DNA of 64,000 nt from Takakia lepidozioides (taxonomy: Eukaryota; Plantae; Bryophyta). Within the stretch, counting starts at the first letter, position 1. Each line of letters opens with the position of its first letter. The DNA lies in contig CM060731.1 in NCBI GenBank assembly GCA_030704615.1, forward strand, positions 28,024,001 through 28,088,000, read 5' to 3'. Positions 50,568 to 64,000 of this stretch are shown here, one piece after another. Made by a program: the position numbers and the translations under genes. Under the pieces are notes generated by a model that was not told the origin of the DNA, did not search any database, and saw only the letters and a program-made list of their open reading frames with translations.

Positions 50568-51376
50568 TGTAACATCATCGCAGTTACCCTATTCTTTCGG
50601 TGGTCTTGCGTTGCTTCGCACAGATCTGGTGCGCTTTCAAGAAACTTGGGATGGTTGGTGATCTGTGAACTAGCACATCGTGAACGGGCTCGCAACACAC
50701 TTGCAGAGTTGGATCGGTGAGTGAAATCTTCTGGAGGGCAACTTTTGGTATTCTATCTCTGCTCTGGTGTGGACGTGAATTAGCCTATGTGCATGTAGAG
50801 CGCTTGCGCCACTAATTAATTTGTTCGTATGTCTACGTCTGCAAAGGGATCAAGTCCACCTTCTGGCAGTGTGTCCAGAGGAGACAGCGGAGACACGTCT
50901 TGAAGTGTATCTGGGATCTGAAGGGATCGCATTCTTGGAGAAATAAGCCTTCAAGGAGCTTCTAAAATAGCAACTTTTGTACTGCCCGGATAGGGCATTC
51001 TGTAGATCGATGGTCCAGAAAGCAAGTTACAACCCTATAGCGCGCTCTTTAAGATGCAAGGTTTCTAGATAAGGACTATTTTGTACCATTAAGGGATATC
51101 CGTGGACAGTGTCAGACAGAGTCTAACAGCAGGGGAGGATAAGTAATGCTGCGAAACACATCTATATAGCTGGTTTGATCGGGCGAAGCTTGTAACATCA
51201 TCGCGGTGACCTATTCTTTTGGTGGTCTTGCGTTGCTTCGCACAGATCTGGTGTGCCTTCAAGAAACTTGGGACGGTCGGAGATCTGTGAACTAGCACAT
51301 CGTGAACGGGCTCGCAACACACTTGCAGAGTTGGATCGGTGAGTGAAATCTTCTGGAGGGGAGCTTTTGGTATTCT
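50568..51376 (+). repeat. ~187-bp direct repeat (50568-50754 and 51191-51376) upstream of the KNOX start codon
   Basis: Close copies, each containing a strong donor GATCG|GTGAGT. Confidence 0.9.
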
Positions 51377-51514
51377 GTCGAAGTTTGGTATAAGGACTTT
51401 AGACCTCTTCAACGCTATTTCATCTGTGAAAGATCATATTGATCATGTACTTATCAAAGTTGTTGTCTTCCTTCAGGCCAGATTTGTAATCTCACCAAAA
51501 GAGCCAAAAACGCG

Positions 51515-54500
51515 ATGGCATTCAACAGTCTGTCAAACGATGTTTCCCTGCAACAGTTTCCAGAACTTTGGGAAAGCTCTAGGTTTGCTCAGAGACAGGA
51601 TTCCCTTGAGAAGAATCACACCGAGAGCTTTCACGAAAGGCAAACGGCAAAGAACTCTCAGGAAAGCTTACAAATCCGTGAGCGCGTGATGCAAAATCAG
51701 CACACTGGCGCCATCGGGGAAGGAAGCAAAGGCAAGGAGCCCATGAGAAATTCAGACGAAGACGCACATGATATGCTTGCAAGCGAGCAAGAAAGCATCA
51801 AACACGGGACTCCCACCTGGCTCAGCAGTGCTCTGTTGAGGCAGCAGGCACAATCGTCATGTGATGATACTGAGGGTGACCCGCGTGATGCCACAGACAA
51901 GTGGTGTCCTGTTTGTGCAGCGAGTGGCTCACAATGTATGTGCGCCATGCCGATGCATGCTGCTGATGCCAGCACTTCATCGTTCCCAAATCAGAACTAT
52001 GCGCATTGGCTGTCAATGCAAGGGGCCATGCATGCTCCCCAGCACAGAGATGAACTTGGTGAAAATTCAAAGGACTTCACCTTCAGGAGGGCTCACCACT
52101 CGAGTCGAATGGCTACTGAGCTAAATCTTTCCCCCGCTGGACAAGCCAGAGGGCAGCAGTTTTTGGAAGTGCGACATAGCGATTCTGGCCCCAGGCACGG
52201 AGAGTATGAGAGAGCTCACCAGGTATTTAGGCTTGGTCCAATTAAATGTGCTCACTTGATTACTATGCATGTGCTTAAGCTGACTCATTCTAATGCCCTT
52301 TGTGGTTTTCAAATCTGTCGTGAATTGCATGTCTTGACGATGCAGTTCTCCCACACGGCAAACTTTCTGAGCTGCATTTGCGCTTGCTTATGTGAGGCTC
52401 CTGGACGTATCTTCTAGCCTGGTAAGATCCGCTAACGATCTTTTGGCGATGCAGACTGACTGGGAGTCTGCAAGGCAAAAAGAAGAATGGGAAAATGCGC
52501 GAAACAAAGCAATGATTGTGGCACATCCTCTATATCCAGACCTGCTGGCAGCCCATGCTGAGTGTCTTCGTGTTGGCACACCTGTTGATCAGCTCCCACA
52601 CATAGAGGCACAATTGGGGAAGGCTCAGGAAGTAACCGATAAGTATGGTGTTCTACACCCGGACCAGCTCGATATTCAGCCAGAAGAGAAGGTTGAGCTT
52701 GATCAGTTCATGGTGAGAGACCCTTTTGAACAAGAATCTTTCCTTAACATGAGTTTCTTTTAATGGACTCGTCAAGTGCTCCTTTTATCTACAACTTTGA
52801 AAAAATAAGAGAGGATTCAACATAGGTACTAACTCTAGCAAGCCCACATTCATGCTATTTGAAAGATTCAGATGACAGGACTTTCTATGCCATGCCTGTA
52901 ACATGACCGGATGAAAACTATCGAGGGAAATCCTCGACTGGTTGAGCTCTATCTAGTAATTCAGTTTACTCATGTCATATTATAATAGAAAACTCAGACC
53001 TCCTCTCTTTTCCCAAACTGACTTGTAGAAAGTCTTTCTTCTAAATCTTATCATCATCTCAACTAATTTTCTTTCAGATTCTTGTTTTCCATGATGTTAA
53101 TACAGAAGTGGCCTCCTTTTCAGAGCTGGCACCGCAGCTGGTGAGCTGTAAGATAACTTGTGACGCACTTCTGGTTTGATTTTTGTAGGCCCAGTATATT
53201 TTGCTCCTCACTGCATTTAAGGATCAGCTGCAAGAGCATGTTTACGGTGATGTGACTGACGCTATGATGTCATGCTGGGAGTTGGAGCAGGCACTTTACA
53301 GTCTGACAGGTGAGGCAGGGGTTGCAAGATAAATTAAGGTTTTCGAGACTAAAAGGACATGTGAGAAGGATGCAAGGTCATGTATTGTGCGCTTCAAATG
53401 TTAGAAAGAGAGCTCGAAAAAGCCAGCCTGGAAAGCTCCACATGGCAATTTAAGTAGAAATCAAGTACTTATTCTACCAGTAATCGCAGATGTCTTGAAG
53501 TCTTAACATGTCCATAAATCTGGCCCCAGACTCGATACTAAATTGAAACTAAATTGAAACTAAATTTCGCTGAGGCGCTCGTGGGGTCAGTCCATCTACC
53601 ACCAAGGTTTGTACTCTGAACTCGAAAGTTCTCTCATCGCGATGAGAAATCGGTTAGGTATAGGCACTCAATTGACTCTGTAAGTGTCAGCTGATGCATC
53701 TTTTGTATGCAGTTGACATGACATTAATACTAGTTAGAATTATAGAGCTTGACTGTAGGACATAGACTGGTGGAAAGTGTAGGTTTTGTTGTTACTCAGC
53801 AACTGAAGTCTATAGTCCGTACTGTATTAATTATTTTTCTCCAGGAGGAGCTGCAACTTGCAAGCAAGACAAGTAAACCTTGACCATCTGAATGTTTTGT
53901 TAGTAGGATGATTGGAAGCTTTACTATATGGTACAGGCAAGTCAGGATGGCTAAATTAATCAACTCCATTGCGCTAACTAGGATATTGATTCCTCTGCAT
54001 AAGGGTTTCTAGATCTTAAGAAGTGGTGTGAATATGAAAGACAGGAAATATTGTCTTGCAGTGGTATGAAATTCGCTACTCAGAAAACAAAACTTTTTGG
54101 TTCAAAAACTGAATTCTTAAAACCATTTTAATGTGTGAACTCAACAGGAGTATCCCCTGGGGAAGGCACAGGAGCTACTATGTCTGATGACGATGAAGAA
54201 TATGACAGTGATTATTGTGCATATGACCCGGGCCTGGACCCCCAGGATAGTGGCGGGTTTGGGCCACTGGTACCTACTGAAACAGAGCGTACACTTATGG
54301 AACGTGTGCGTCAAGAGCTCAAATGTGAGCTCAAGCAGGCAAGCGTTCATTCTACCTTGAACACTCACATCCTGGGCTTCACCCTCGCTTCACCATAATA
54401 TATTATATGTCTGAACCTTTAGCACATTCTGCCATGCAAATTAAGTTTACATTAAATTCATACATATAGAGATGTGACCCAGACTCCTAATCCTCCACGT

Positions 54501-55250
54501 GCGCGTTTAATTGTCCAAGATAGACGCTTGCTGTAATTCTTGGTGCTGGAGAAAACTAACTTGGACCAAGTTTATCTGCAGCCACTGTCCTTCCATGAAT
54601 TCAGCACTCTGGAAGGCGGACCAGTTAATACTGTTCAAGGGTTGATGCTACAGTGCCCAACTATTCAGTTCAATCTATATTCCTCGAGAGCTCGATCCAA
54701 CCTAGGAAATAAACTGCACCTACATAACTAGGGAAATTCACGGAGCACATAGAGGACAAGTGCTTACTGAAAGTAATTTTAAACACATTTGACACGTGCA
54801 TGTGCAGGGTTATCGAGCAAGGATCGTGGATGTTCGGGAGGAGATTTTGCGCAAACGCCGGGCTGGCAAGCTGCCTGAAGGCACAACCACTATACTGAAG
54901 GCCTGGTGGCATGCGCACTCCAAATGGCCTTATCCAACGGTACTACACCTACCATCAGCCAGAGAATAGAACAAGACAGCTAGTAATTACATGGGGTCTC
55001 ATTTTTATATATATTGGAGGTCATGAAATGCTTTGAGTAAGTCCATATTCTGTTGCGTTGTTTTACGTAACCCCCTCTAATTGACTTGTATACCTATGTT
55101 GTAAAGGAGGATGAGAAGGAGCGATTGATCCAGGAGACAGGGCTGGAGCTCAAGCAAGTGAATAACTGGTTTATTAACCAACGCAAACGCAATTGGCATA
55201 GTAACCCCTTATCATCATCATCAGATATGAAGAACAAGCGCAAGAGGTAG
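51515..55250 (+). CDS. Class II KNOX (TALE homeodomain) transcription factor, moss MKN1-like; exons 51515-52222, 52455-52712, 53189-53309, 54148-54338, 54808-54939, 55107-55250
   Basis: KNOX1 ([24 protein letters not shown]), KNOX2 (ELDQFMAQY), [17 protein letters not shown] ([21 protein letters not shown]), homeodomain RKRRAGKLP…WPYPT…[11 protein letters not shown]. All junctions in phase. Confidence 0.95.
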
Positions 55251-55963
55251 GTGGTAGTCCTCTCTCTGATAGTAGCAGTGTCAAGGAGATATTGTAGCTA
55301 TATCTGAGATCTTCCTTCATGTCTAATTGTCTTTGCTTTTCTTTTCCTCTATGATCACTAATACTGCTGGCCATGTGAACAACTGCGTACAAGGCTTCTA
55401 GCACTCCATCAGGCGACTCAGATTTTACCCTACTATGTGTTTTAAATCATGATCTCTTTGGCAATCTACTTATGTCAAATATGGGCCTGTAAATAACTTT
55501 GGACAATTCAAGTAAAATCTGAATTCTCTGTACACCTAGTATTACTAAGAATTTGATCTGTTAAGATTGTTCCATGCACAAGCAAATGTTATACAAACAG
55601 TTTGACCTCCAAGAGAATTATAAGAGACTCCTTAATTTCCCACTAAACCTGACCAATTTTGGGCTGTTCAATTTTTTTATAACTTCTAAGTTCTCTTTTG
55701 TTTTAAATGTGCAGCTGGTGACTTCAATGTGGGCTACTTCAATGCTGACTAGGTACCTTCGTTGAGGTCACCTCTGGACTCTGCAAGGTCTATAAATCTG
55801 TTTTCAAGTGATTAGCATGCATGTTTGGTGATGATGTTCACATATCTGCCAATGGCTAGCTGCGTGGTGCATTTTATTGGGCAGTATCTAAATGGAGCTC
55901 GGCTAGGAATCATGATTCACCAAGAGGTGGTCTTAGGTCTATCAGAAAGAAACTATTAGCCAA

Positions 55964-56096
55964 GTGAAAGGGGTTATTTGGTTAATTCGCCTTCCTCGCT
56001 GAATTGTGAAAGCGGTTATTTCGGTTATTTCCCCTTCCTTGCTGAATTGTGAAAGCGGTTATTTCGGTTATTTGGGCTTCCTCGCTGAATTGTGAA
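55964..56096. repeat. 43-bp tandem repeat (about 3 copies) downstream of KNOX
   Basis: cttcctcgctgaattgtgaaagcggttatttcggttattt at 55991, 56034 and (partial) 56077. Confidence 0.9.
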
Positions 56097-57199
56097 CTGT
56101 TGTTCTTTTTTATGAATTTGAAGTAATGATAATAACTTTATGCCTAGAAATTCGACTTGTGAAGGACTTTACCTGCACCTTTTCTTGACAGTAAGCTACT
56201 TTCAACTGTGGCCTGTCTGTGAACACAACCCTCTCACTATAATGATTTGTGAGCAGTTGCACAGTTGCTCCCAGGTGTTTCCCTTTAAATACCATATGTC
56301 TGTTTATAGTTAGCGTTATCTTGGAAGTTGGCATTCTTCATTTTTTGGGAAGAGGATCTTATTTACACTAACTTCAGTTGGCATCAGATATATACATATA
56401 GATAAGAGGAGAAAATTCAGGTTGTCAATTGTGGATCATAGCAATTTTCAAAACCTCTCATGAACAAAGTCCAGATTTCCATCTTCATCGGTGGTTAATG
56501 TGTAGAAACACCTAATGTTTGCCCTACATTAACCCTAAACCCTACATAACTGCCTACATAAGCTTTGAAGTTTGAAAGGTTACATGTATACTTCACCTTT
56601 GCTTGTTTTTTTGTAGTCATAGGGTAGATGAAGTTTATGTGTGGTAATATGTTTCAATGCTTATTTACTAACAATGGGCTATCACTTATATATGGCAAAT
56701 ACATGTTATCATTCTTTTAGGTTGTTTGATTTTTTTCCAACCTCAGGTGAAGTGTGCATGTGATAGTAACCGGAACCATGGATTCCAAATACTTGAGACC
56801 ACCTCCCAACACTGAAACTAACCTCTTGCCAATAGGTATTGGATTTCAATGTTTGATTTTCAAAATCAGTACTTAAACAGGATGCGAGGAAGGGAAAAAC
56901 TGCTTTGGTGGACAGAACTTAACCGATCCAGCCCCGTTCAGTCATCCATTATGTCACTTGAGCACTTGAGAAGGTAGCCTAGTAGTTCAGTATTTGTGCC
57001 TTGCCTCTGCATAATCTGGGTGATCTTGGGTTCAATCCTTCAACCGTCCATTGGCCCCTCAATGGGCTCTGTGTTGAGCAGTAGGCTCTGTAAATTCATT
57101 AGAGGATAAAACAAACTATTTTTCTTTACTTTATCATAGTTTTCCTCCATCTTTTATGGTCTAGTTTCCAAAAACATTGTAGTGTTGTGTCATAATAAT

Positions 57200-60100
57200 A
57201 ACTAGGGTAGCCTATGCCGTTGGCCCAAGCGTCCATTGTTAGCTAAGTCCAAGTGCAATCCCATAGGTATCCAAGTGCATCTCCTATGTCGAGGCCCACG
57301 ATGTGTGAAGAGTAGTAATCCAATCATTGTTCCAAGAAAGCCCACTTTGCTAATTTTCACGAATTTTTGGCAACCAAAAGTACTTGAAATTCCATATCTC
57401 CCACATTGCAGGTCCAAAAATTATGAGACCAAGTCATCGAGGGCTTTCCAACAGTACCCAAATCATGGCCTCTACCCAAATCATGGCCTCTACCCAAATC
57501 ATGGCCTCTATCTAAGCCCAAGTGCAACCTCGAGTGTCCTTCCAACACTTGATTTTGTAATGTAGTTCAATTTCAGCGACCAAAATTGTTTATAATTTCA
57601 TAAGTCTCGGGCCAATCATTGTCCCAAGAAAGCCCACTTTGCTATTTTCCAACGACCAAAAAGTACTTGAAATTCTATATCTCCCACATCGTAGGTCCCA
57701 AAGTCATGAGACCAAGCCGGTGCACCCCTCTTCATCAACGGTACCAAGCACCACGGCTGAGGCCCCGCGGTTTGGGACATCTCAACGCGACAAAACTAAA
57801 CTAAACTAAACTAACTAACTAACTAACTACTTCAATTTTCATAAAGTATTAGGGTTACAGCCTATGCCATTGGCCCAAGTGTCCAATGCCATCTATGTAT
57901 CCGAAGACCCTGCAGTTTGGGAGATCTCCACTTCTAAAAAAAGCCACTTTGCTATTTTTCACGAATTTCTAGCAACCAAAAGTACTTGAAATTTCATATC
58001 TTCTATACCGACGTAGGTCCAAAAATTATGAGACCAAATCGGTGCATCCCTCCTCATCGAGGGCTTTCCAACAATACCAAACACCAGGGTTGGGGTCCCG
58101 CTTTGGGAGATTTCAACGTTACAAAATCAAACAAAACAAACAAACTACCTTGCTTCATATATTGAATAGTACCGCCTGTGCCGTTGGCCCAAGTATCCAA
58201 GAGCAATCCCCTTATATGTATCCAAACAAACTACCTTGCTTCATATATTGAATAGTACCGCCTGTGCCGTTGGCCCAAGTATCCAAGAGCAATCCCCTTA
58301 TATGTATCCAAGTGCGTCTCCTATGTCGAGACCCAAATGCAACCTCTAGGGTAGTCTGTGATGTTGGCCCAAGTGTCGAGTGTCATCTAAGCCCATTGAG
58401 TGTAAGATCTTCTATGTATATTCCCAATGCGTCTCATATGTTGAAGCCCAAGTGGTCCATGCATGAAGAATTGAAATCTAAGACCAAGTACAATTTCTTA
58501 TGTATCCCAGAGCGTCCGTCGAGGCCCAAGTGTGATCTCTAGTGTACCATATGTCGTTGGCCAATGTGTGAAGATTTGCAATCTAAGACCAAGTGCAATT
58601 TCCTATGCAAGTGCGTCTCCTATGTCGAGGCCCATCTAAGCCCAAGTGCAATCCTCTATTCATGTATCCAAGTGCATCTCCCATGTAGAGGCCCAAGTGT
58701 CCAGTGTCATCTAAGCCCAAGTGCAATCTCCTATATATCCAAGTACGTCTCCCATGTCAAGACCCAATTTATTTTTTTCCATGAATTTATTGAGTAGTAA
58801 TATATCCAATCATTATTGATATATCTCATGTCGAGGCTCCAATCATTGTTCCAAGAAAGCCCACTTGCTATATTTTGAGAATTTCCAACGACCAAAAGTA
58901 CTTGAAATTCCATACCTCCCACACTGCAGGTCCAAAAATCATGAGACCAAGCCGGTGCACCCTCCTCATCGAGGGTTTTCCAACGGTACCAAGCACCATT
59001 GTTGGGGCCCGCGGTTTGGGACATCTCAACACTACATAACAAACAAAACAAACAAACTATCTCACTTCATATATTGACTAGGGTAGCCTGTGCTGTTGGC
59101 CAAGTGTCAAGTGTCATCTAAGCCCAAGTGCAATCTCCTATGTATCCAAGTGCATCTCCTATGTTGAGGCCCAAGTGCGACCACCTCTAGGGAAGTATGT
59201 GCCATTGGGGCAAGTGTCCAGTGTCATCTAAGTCCAAGTGCAATTCTATATGCATCAAAGTGTGATTCATATGTCGAGGCCCAAATGCGACCTCTAAGGT
59301 AGCTTGTGTCATTGGCCCAAGTGTCGAGTGTCATCTAAAGCCCAAGTCTAAGATCTTTTATGTAACCCATTGCGTCTCCTATTTCGAGGCCCAAGTGCGA
59401 TCTTTAGGGTGGCCTGTACCTTTGGCCCATGTGTGAAGAATTGACCGAGTGCAATTTCCTATGTATCCCAGTGCGTCTCTTATGTCGAGGCCCAAGTGTG
59501 ACCTCTAGTGTAGCCTCTGCCGTTGGCCCAGGTATGGAGAATTGAAATCTAAGACCAAGTGCAATTTCCTATCTATCCAAGTGCGTCTCCTATCTTGAGG
59601 TCCATCTAAGCCCAAGTACAATCTTCTATTCATGTATCCAAGTGCATCTCCCATATAGAGGCCCAAGTGCCCGGTATCATCTAGCCCAAATGCAATCTCC
59701 TATGTATCCAAGTACGTCTCCCGTGTCAACGCCCAATTTGTTTTTTTTTTAATTTATTGAGTAGTAATATATCCAATCATTATTGATATAGGGTAGCCTG
59801 TGCCGTTGGCCCAAGTGTCCACTGTCACCTAAGTCCAAGTGCAATCCATGTATCCAAGTGCGTCTCCTATGGCGGGGCCCAAGTGCTACCTCTAGGGTAA
59901 CCTGTGCCGTTGGCCCAAAAGTCCCGTGTGTGAAGAATTGAAATCTAAGCCCAAGTGTAATCTCCTATGTATCCAAATGGGTATCATATGTCGAGACCCA
60001 AGTGCGACCTCTAGGGTAGCTTGTGCCCTTGGTTTTTTTCCACAGAGCCTACAACCAGATTTGAACCGGAGACCTTTCCCTTGATATCTCTCCCGTCGAG

Positions 60101-60260
60101 GCTCCAACCATTGTCCCATGAATGCCCACTTTGCCATTTTTGCTATTTTTCGTGATTTTCCAGCGACCAAAAGGACTTGGAATTCCACATCTCCCTCACC
60201 GGTGCTTGGCGCCGTTGGAAAGCCCTCGACGAGGAGGGGTGCACCAACTTGGTCTCATGA
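57200..60260 (+). repeat. Modular repeat array (GGCCCAAGTG modules and CATCGAGGGCTTTCCAACGGTACC modules); left arm of a foldback-like structure
   Basis: Module caatcattgtyccaagaaagcccact…aaaagtacttgaaatt recurs near 57320, 57612, 57940 and 58840. Many gcccaagtg copies. Confidence 0.85.
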
Positions 60261-60629
60261 TATATGTATATATGTATATATACATGAGCCGTTGATACAT
60301 AATGATTCTTATCAAAGTTTTTCCACATTTTCTTAAAACATGTTCTTAAATATAGTAATAAACTGCAGCCTCGATGATCAAGTTGACAAGAGAAGTGGCA
60401 ACGAAAACCTACAAAGGCCTTACAAGCAAACAAAAAGGGGATACCACCTAGTAGCCAATAGTTGAAGTGCATAAAACAGTAAACACAAAGCGTATTGACT
60501 CTACTGTAGTTTTAAAATTGCACATACATACATTTTGAATGTACATACTCATGACAATTCATAGTATCAATATACAAAGTAATTATCCAAGGACAATGGT
60601 GAGAGAAATTGTACAATTTCAAATGACTA

Positions 60630-62075
60630 CTACATCAACCCCCCCCCCAGCAGAGCCTGTTAAATGCACTAAAAGATGTTAAATATAAAAGAAGAGCCCC
60701 GCACACACATGTTCCGTTATGTGCTCTTAATAGATCGCAATAACAGTTGCCATGGCTTGACAGATTCTGCTTAACGGAAGAAGAAATCTGTGCTTTGGGT
60801 CGTAACATGATCTTTCTATTAAACATGTTAAAGCCCACTTGGATGAACGATCCAGATGAAATTGAGTGATCGTCTCTCTCGTTGAAGACGCACCACAAGC
60901 GCCCATCTCTATTGTTTCAACGAGAGAGACGAGTCTAGAGGAACGCGTAGAGAGGAGCTGTCGTCCAAAATGGGGACGCAACAACAATCTAGCTTTCTCC
61001 AAACTAAATGTTGTCGAGGGAGGAGGCTATTGATCAGGTAGCAGTACCCCCAAACCAGAAACCAAAGAGCACTAGAACTCCAAACTGGACTGTTGCAGTA
61101 CAGAACCTAGCTTTGATTTCTCTGAAGAAAAATGAGTTAAAAAAGAAGAACGCTTCTTCAAAGCATTCTGACCAATTCATTTTTGCAGCATTAAAGCAGA
61201 GATGGAAAGAAATAATAGACTATCTTGCTATTGTAACCAATTTCCCAAAGAGAGCCATGCCTCAATGTATTACTAGACCGTGGGATATCAACACCCAAAG
61301 TGAGTTCTAGAAATTGTTTACTTATATCAACAAGGAGAGTGGAGCAGGTAATCCATGGTCAATATCCAAGGCTGAGAGACAAGTTACAAATTAGCTACTT
61401 GTTAGTTTCACCAATGAGATCTTTGATGAGATGTTACCATGGTATGGAAATTATGGGAGATTTGTCTAGAATGTTCGCATTGTGGACACTATGAACAAAC
61501 CAACCTCCCATGCTTCAAGAGCATAGTCCATTTGCAAATGATGATTCAGTTGCTAAAGTATGCAAAGAAAGGTAGAAGAACCTCAGTATGTCCATCTTCA
61601 TCTCCTAACATGGATGAGTCTCCGGAAGTTGATACTGCCTAGTCCATGGGCATCAGACATCCCAAACAAGATTCCCAAGGTTAAGGACCATGGAAATAAG
61701 GCTCCCAGTTCCAATGGTCGTCGTCGTAGGGTCGAGAGAAAGACGAAGGAAATGTACCATTACCTCGAGGAGTCAAATAGAGGTTTATGTCAGCAGCTAC
61801 ATACACAAGCCAACAGCCATGAAGCATTTTGAAAGGAGATCATATTGCTTGAACATGAAAAGTCCTTTGATAGACGTGAAGTTGCAAATGCAGATTTTAT
61901 CACCCCTCGTGACGGCGCAATTGCTCTTGAACAGCGTCGCCTCGACTTTGAAATAGAGAAAGATAAATGGCTATGTACAAGATTTGACTCTATTGCAACC
62001 GCTATCAACAATATATCTTGCAAGTTTTGTGGTTGTCATCTTCAAAAACCTCAAACCATGAATAATTGTAGGTAA
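60630..62075. pseudogene. Degenerate PIF/Harbinger-like remnant: Myb/SANT-like ORF (+, ~61008-62075) and possible transposase N-terminus (-, ~60727-61002)
   Basis: RTPNWT…LALISLK…RWKEIIDYL…QC…WD (Myb/SANT-like). Divergent fragment TQFHLDRSS…VIAIY. Confidence 0.45.
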
Positions 62076-62379
62076 GTATCTCACGACCTTTTCAATATAG
62101 AAGATGGGCTATATCAAGATTATAGCTGTACAGAGGTAGACAATCATAATGGAGGAAACCTCTTTTAATTCTTTGAATGATTCATTTTATAGGATTCATT
62201 TTGCTTTGAATGATCCATAAAAAATAAATGATTTCATTTTGCAGGATTCATCCTTAGTTTAACGGCCTGCGAGGGGTCCTCTCGCGTTAAGAGGTTCTAT
62301 CCTATCAACTTTATCATGTTAATTTTGGGGCTTTAATAGGGGGGGGGGGGGGGGCTAAGTTTGTTTCACTTCAACTATT

Positions 62380-63060
62380 TTACTATTGAGACAACAATAT
62401 ATGAAGCGAGACGTTTATTTCGTTTTGTTTTGTCACGTTGAAATGTCCCAAACCGCAAAGGCGCAGCCTGGTGCTTGGTACCGTTGGAAAGCCCTTGATG
62501 AGGAGGGGTGCACCAGCTTGGCTCATGATTTTTGGACATGTGGTGTGGGAGAAACGGAATTTCAAGTACTTTTGGTCACCAAAAATTCGGGAAAAATAGC
62601 AAAGTGAGTTTTGGGACAATGATTGGAGCCTCGACATGAGATATATCAAAATAATTGGATATATTACTACTCAATTAATTCATGGAAAAAAATAAATCGG
62701 GCCTTGACATGGGAGATGTACTTGGATACATAGGAGATTGCAATTGGGCTTAGATGACATTGGACACTTGGGCCTCTACGTAGGAGATGCACCTGGATAC
62801 ATGAATAGAACATTGCACTTGGGCTTATATGGGCCTCGACATAGGAGACGCAGTGGGATACGTAAGAGATCTTGCACTTGGGCTTAAATGACACTGGACA
62901 CTTGGGACAACGGCACAGGCTACCCTATGAAGCGAGACATTTGTTTTGTTTTGTTTTGTCATGTTGAGATGTTCCAAACTGCAAGGCCCCAGCCCTGATG
63001 CTTGGTACCGATGGAAAGCCCTCAGATGAGGAGGGGTGTGTCGATCAATTTTTTGGATCA
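62380..63060 (-). repeat. Inverted copy of the 57.2-60.3 kb modules (right arm)
   Basis: Reverse complement of 62400-62860 aligns by eye with ~58610-59060. Confidence 0.85.
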
Positions 63061-63158
63061 TAATTTAGAATAGTACATTTTATGTACATTAGTATATATT
63101 TTATGAAGTTTAGTACGAAATCATAGTAAGAAATCATAAATAAAATGGAATTCTAGCA

Positions 63159-63800
63159 ATGGCAGAGCCGGAGGACCAGTCAAAGGACAACTCCTTGATT
63201 CCGGGATTGACAGACCATGTGATACTAGAATTCGTTGCACAGGTGCCTCGTTATTATTATTTATCGTTGAAAGGTGGTTGTAAGAAATGGCAGAATGCGC
63301 TAACGGTGGTTGATGACGAAGGCCGCAACGACGTCCTTGAGACTCGCACACGGGTAGAGATCAAGGAGGAATGGGTTTACATGTTGGCTGGTCCTGCACA
63401 CAATGTACAGCCTCTCATAAGTGCACGGAAGTGGTGGGCGTTTGATTCCGTTAGTACGCATTGGCGTTGTTTGCCAGACTGCCCTGTGGATTATACCTTT
63501 GAAGTTTCTGACAAGGAATCGGCAGTTACATGAACTCAACTTTTGGTTTGCGGACAGTACTCTAGAGGCTACATGGTATGGAGGTATGATTTAGAACTCA
63601 ACGAATAGTCTTCAACGCCCAGAATGATTCAAGATCGATGTCTTTTTGACTCAGCAAATGTGGGCAAATATGTCTATTTGTATTAGAAGTCTCACCAATA
63701 GACGACTCTCAAAGCAATCAAGCGCTACAACTCGCTACTTCAAGCATGGGAACCTCTCCCCGTTCTCAACATAGCACGGGAAATGGAGCTAATGGGAAAA
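63159..63800 (+). pseudogene. F-box/kelch-repeat protein pseudogene
   Basis: SLIPGLTDHV…VPR…CKKW (F-box); IKEEWVYML, WWAFD, DKES, VWRYD, RCLF (kelch). In-frame stops from 63531. Confidence 0.8.
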
Positions 63801-64000
63801 CAAGGATAAATATGAAACGTTGGATACTGGCTAATCAAGGGTAGCGATCCTCACTTCCTAAACAGATGAATGACATGGATGAGGAGCAACATTCATGAGG
63901 ACTTAAAACGACTCATGTATCAATGTAAGTTGGTCATGTCCCTGAATGGATGAAAGTTACAGATGGATGAAAATTATGAGGAAGAATGAAAATGGATGAA

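Noticed and set aside
56970-57045. tRNA-like A/B box sequence on the plus strand
   Set aside because: Too degenerate to call as a tRNA or to assign to the SINE family.

Overview
Nuclear DNA of a land plant, most likely a moss or other bryophyte: the class II KNOX protein closely resembles moss MKN1-type proteins, genes have spliceosomal introns, and there is a PLS-DYW PPR gene. Positions ~1-26.8 kb are a nest of transposons. A CACTA/EnSpm Tnp2 gene is split by a 10.2-kb Ty3/Gypsy retrotransposon, and a MULE/SWIM gene is split by a 7.3-kb Galadriel-like chromovirus. The rest holds host genes (NARA5-like pfkB kinase, an uncharacterised minus-strand multi-exon gene, a PPR-DYW editing factor, class II KNOX, an F-box/kelch pseudogene) mixed with SINEs, LINE fragments, a tRNA-containing TRIM and a foldback-like inverted repeat. 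The standout is the 2127-12303 element. It encodes a DNMT3-like C5-methyltransferase inside pol and a PHD finger after a DDE integrase, and has a putative self-priming site in place of a tRNA PBS. It also has split, permuted LTRs (X-internal-Y-GC-X-T-Y). That is the structure expected if a 2-LTR circle was cut at an internal palindrome (GACA^GC^TGTC) and integrated with a 4-bp TSD. All coordinates were read by eye and no database searches were run.
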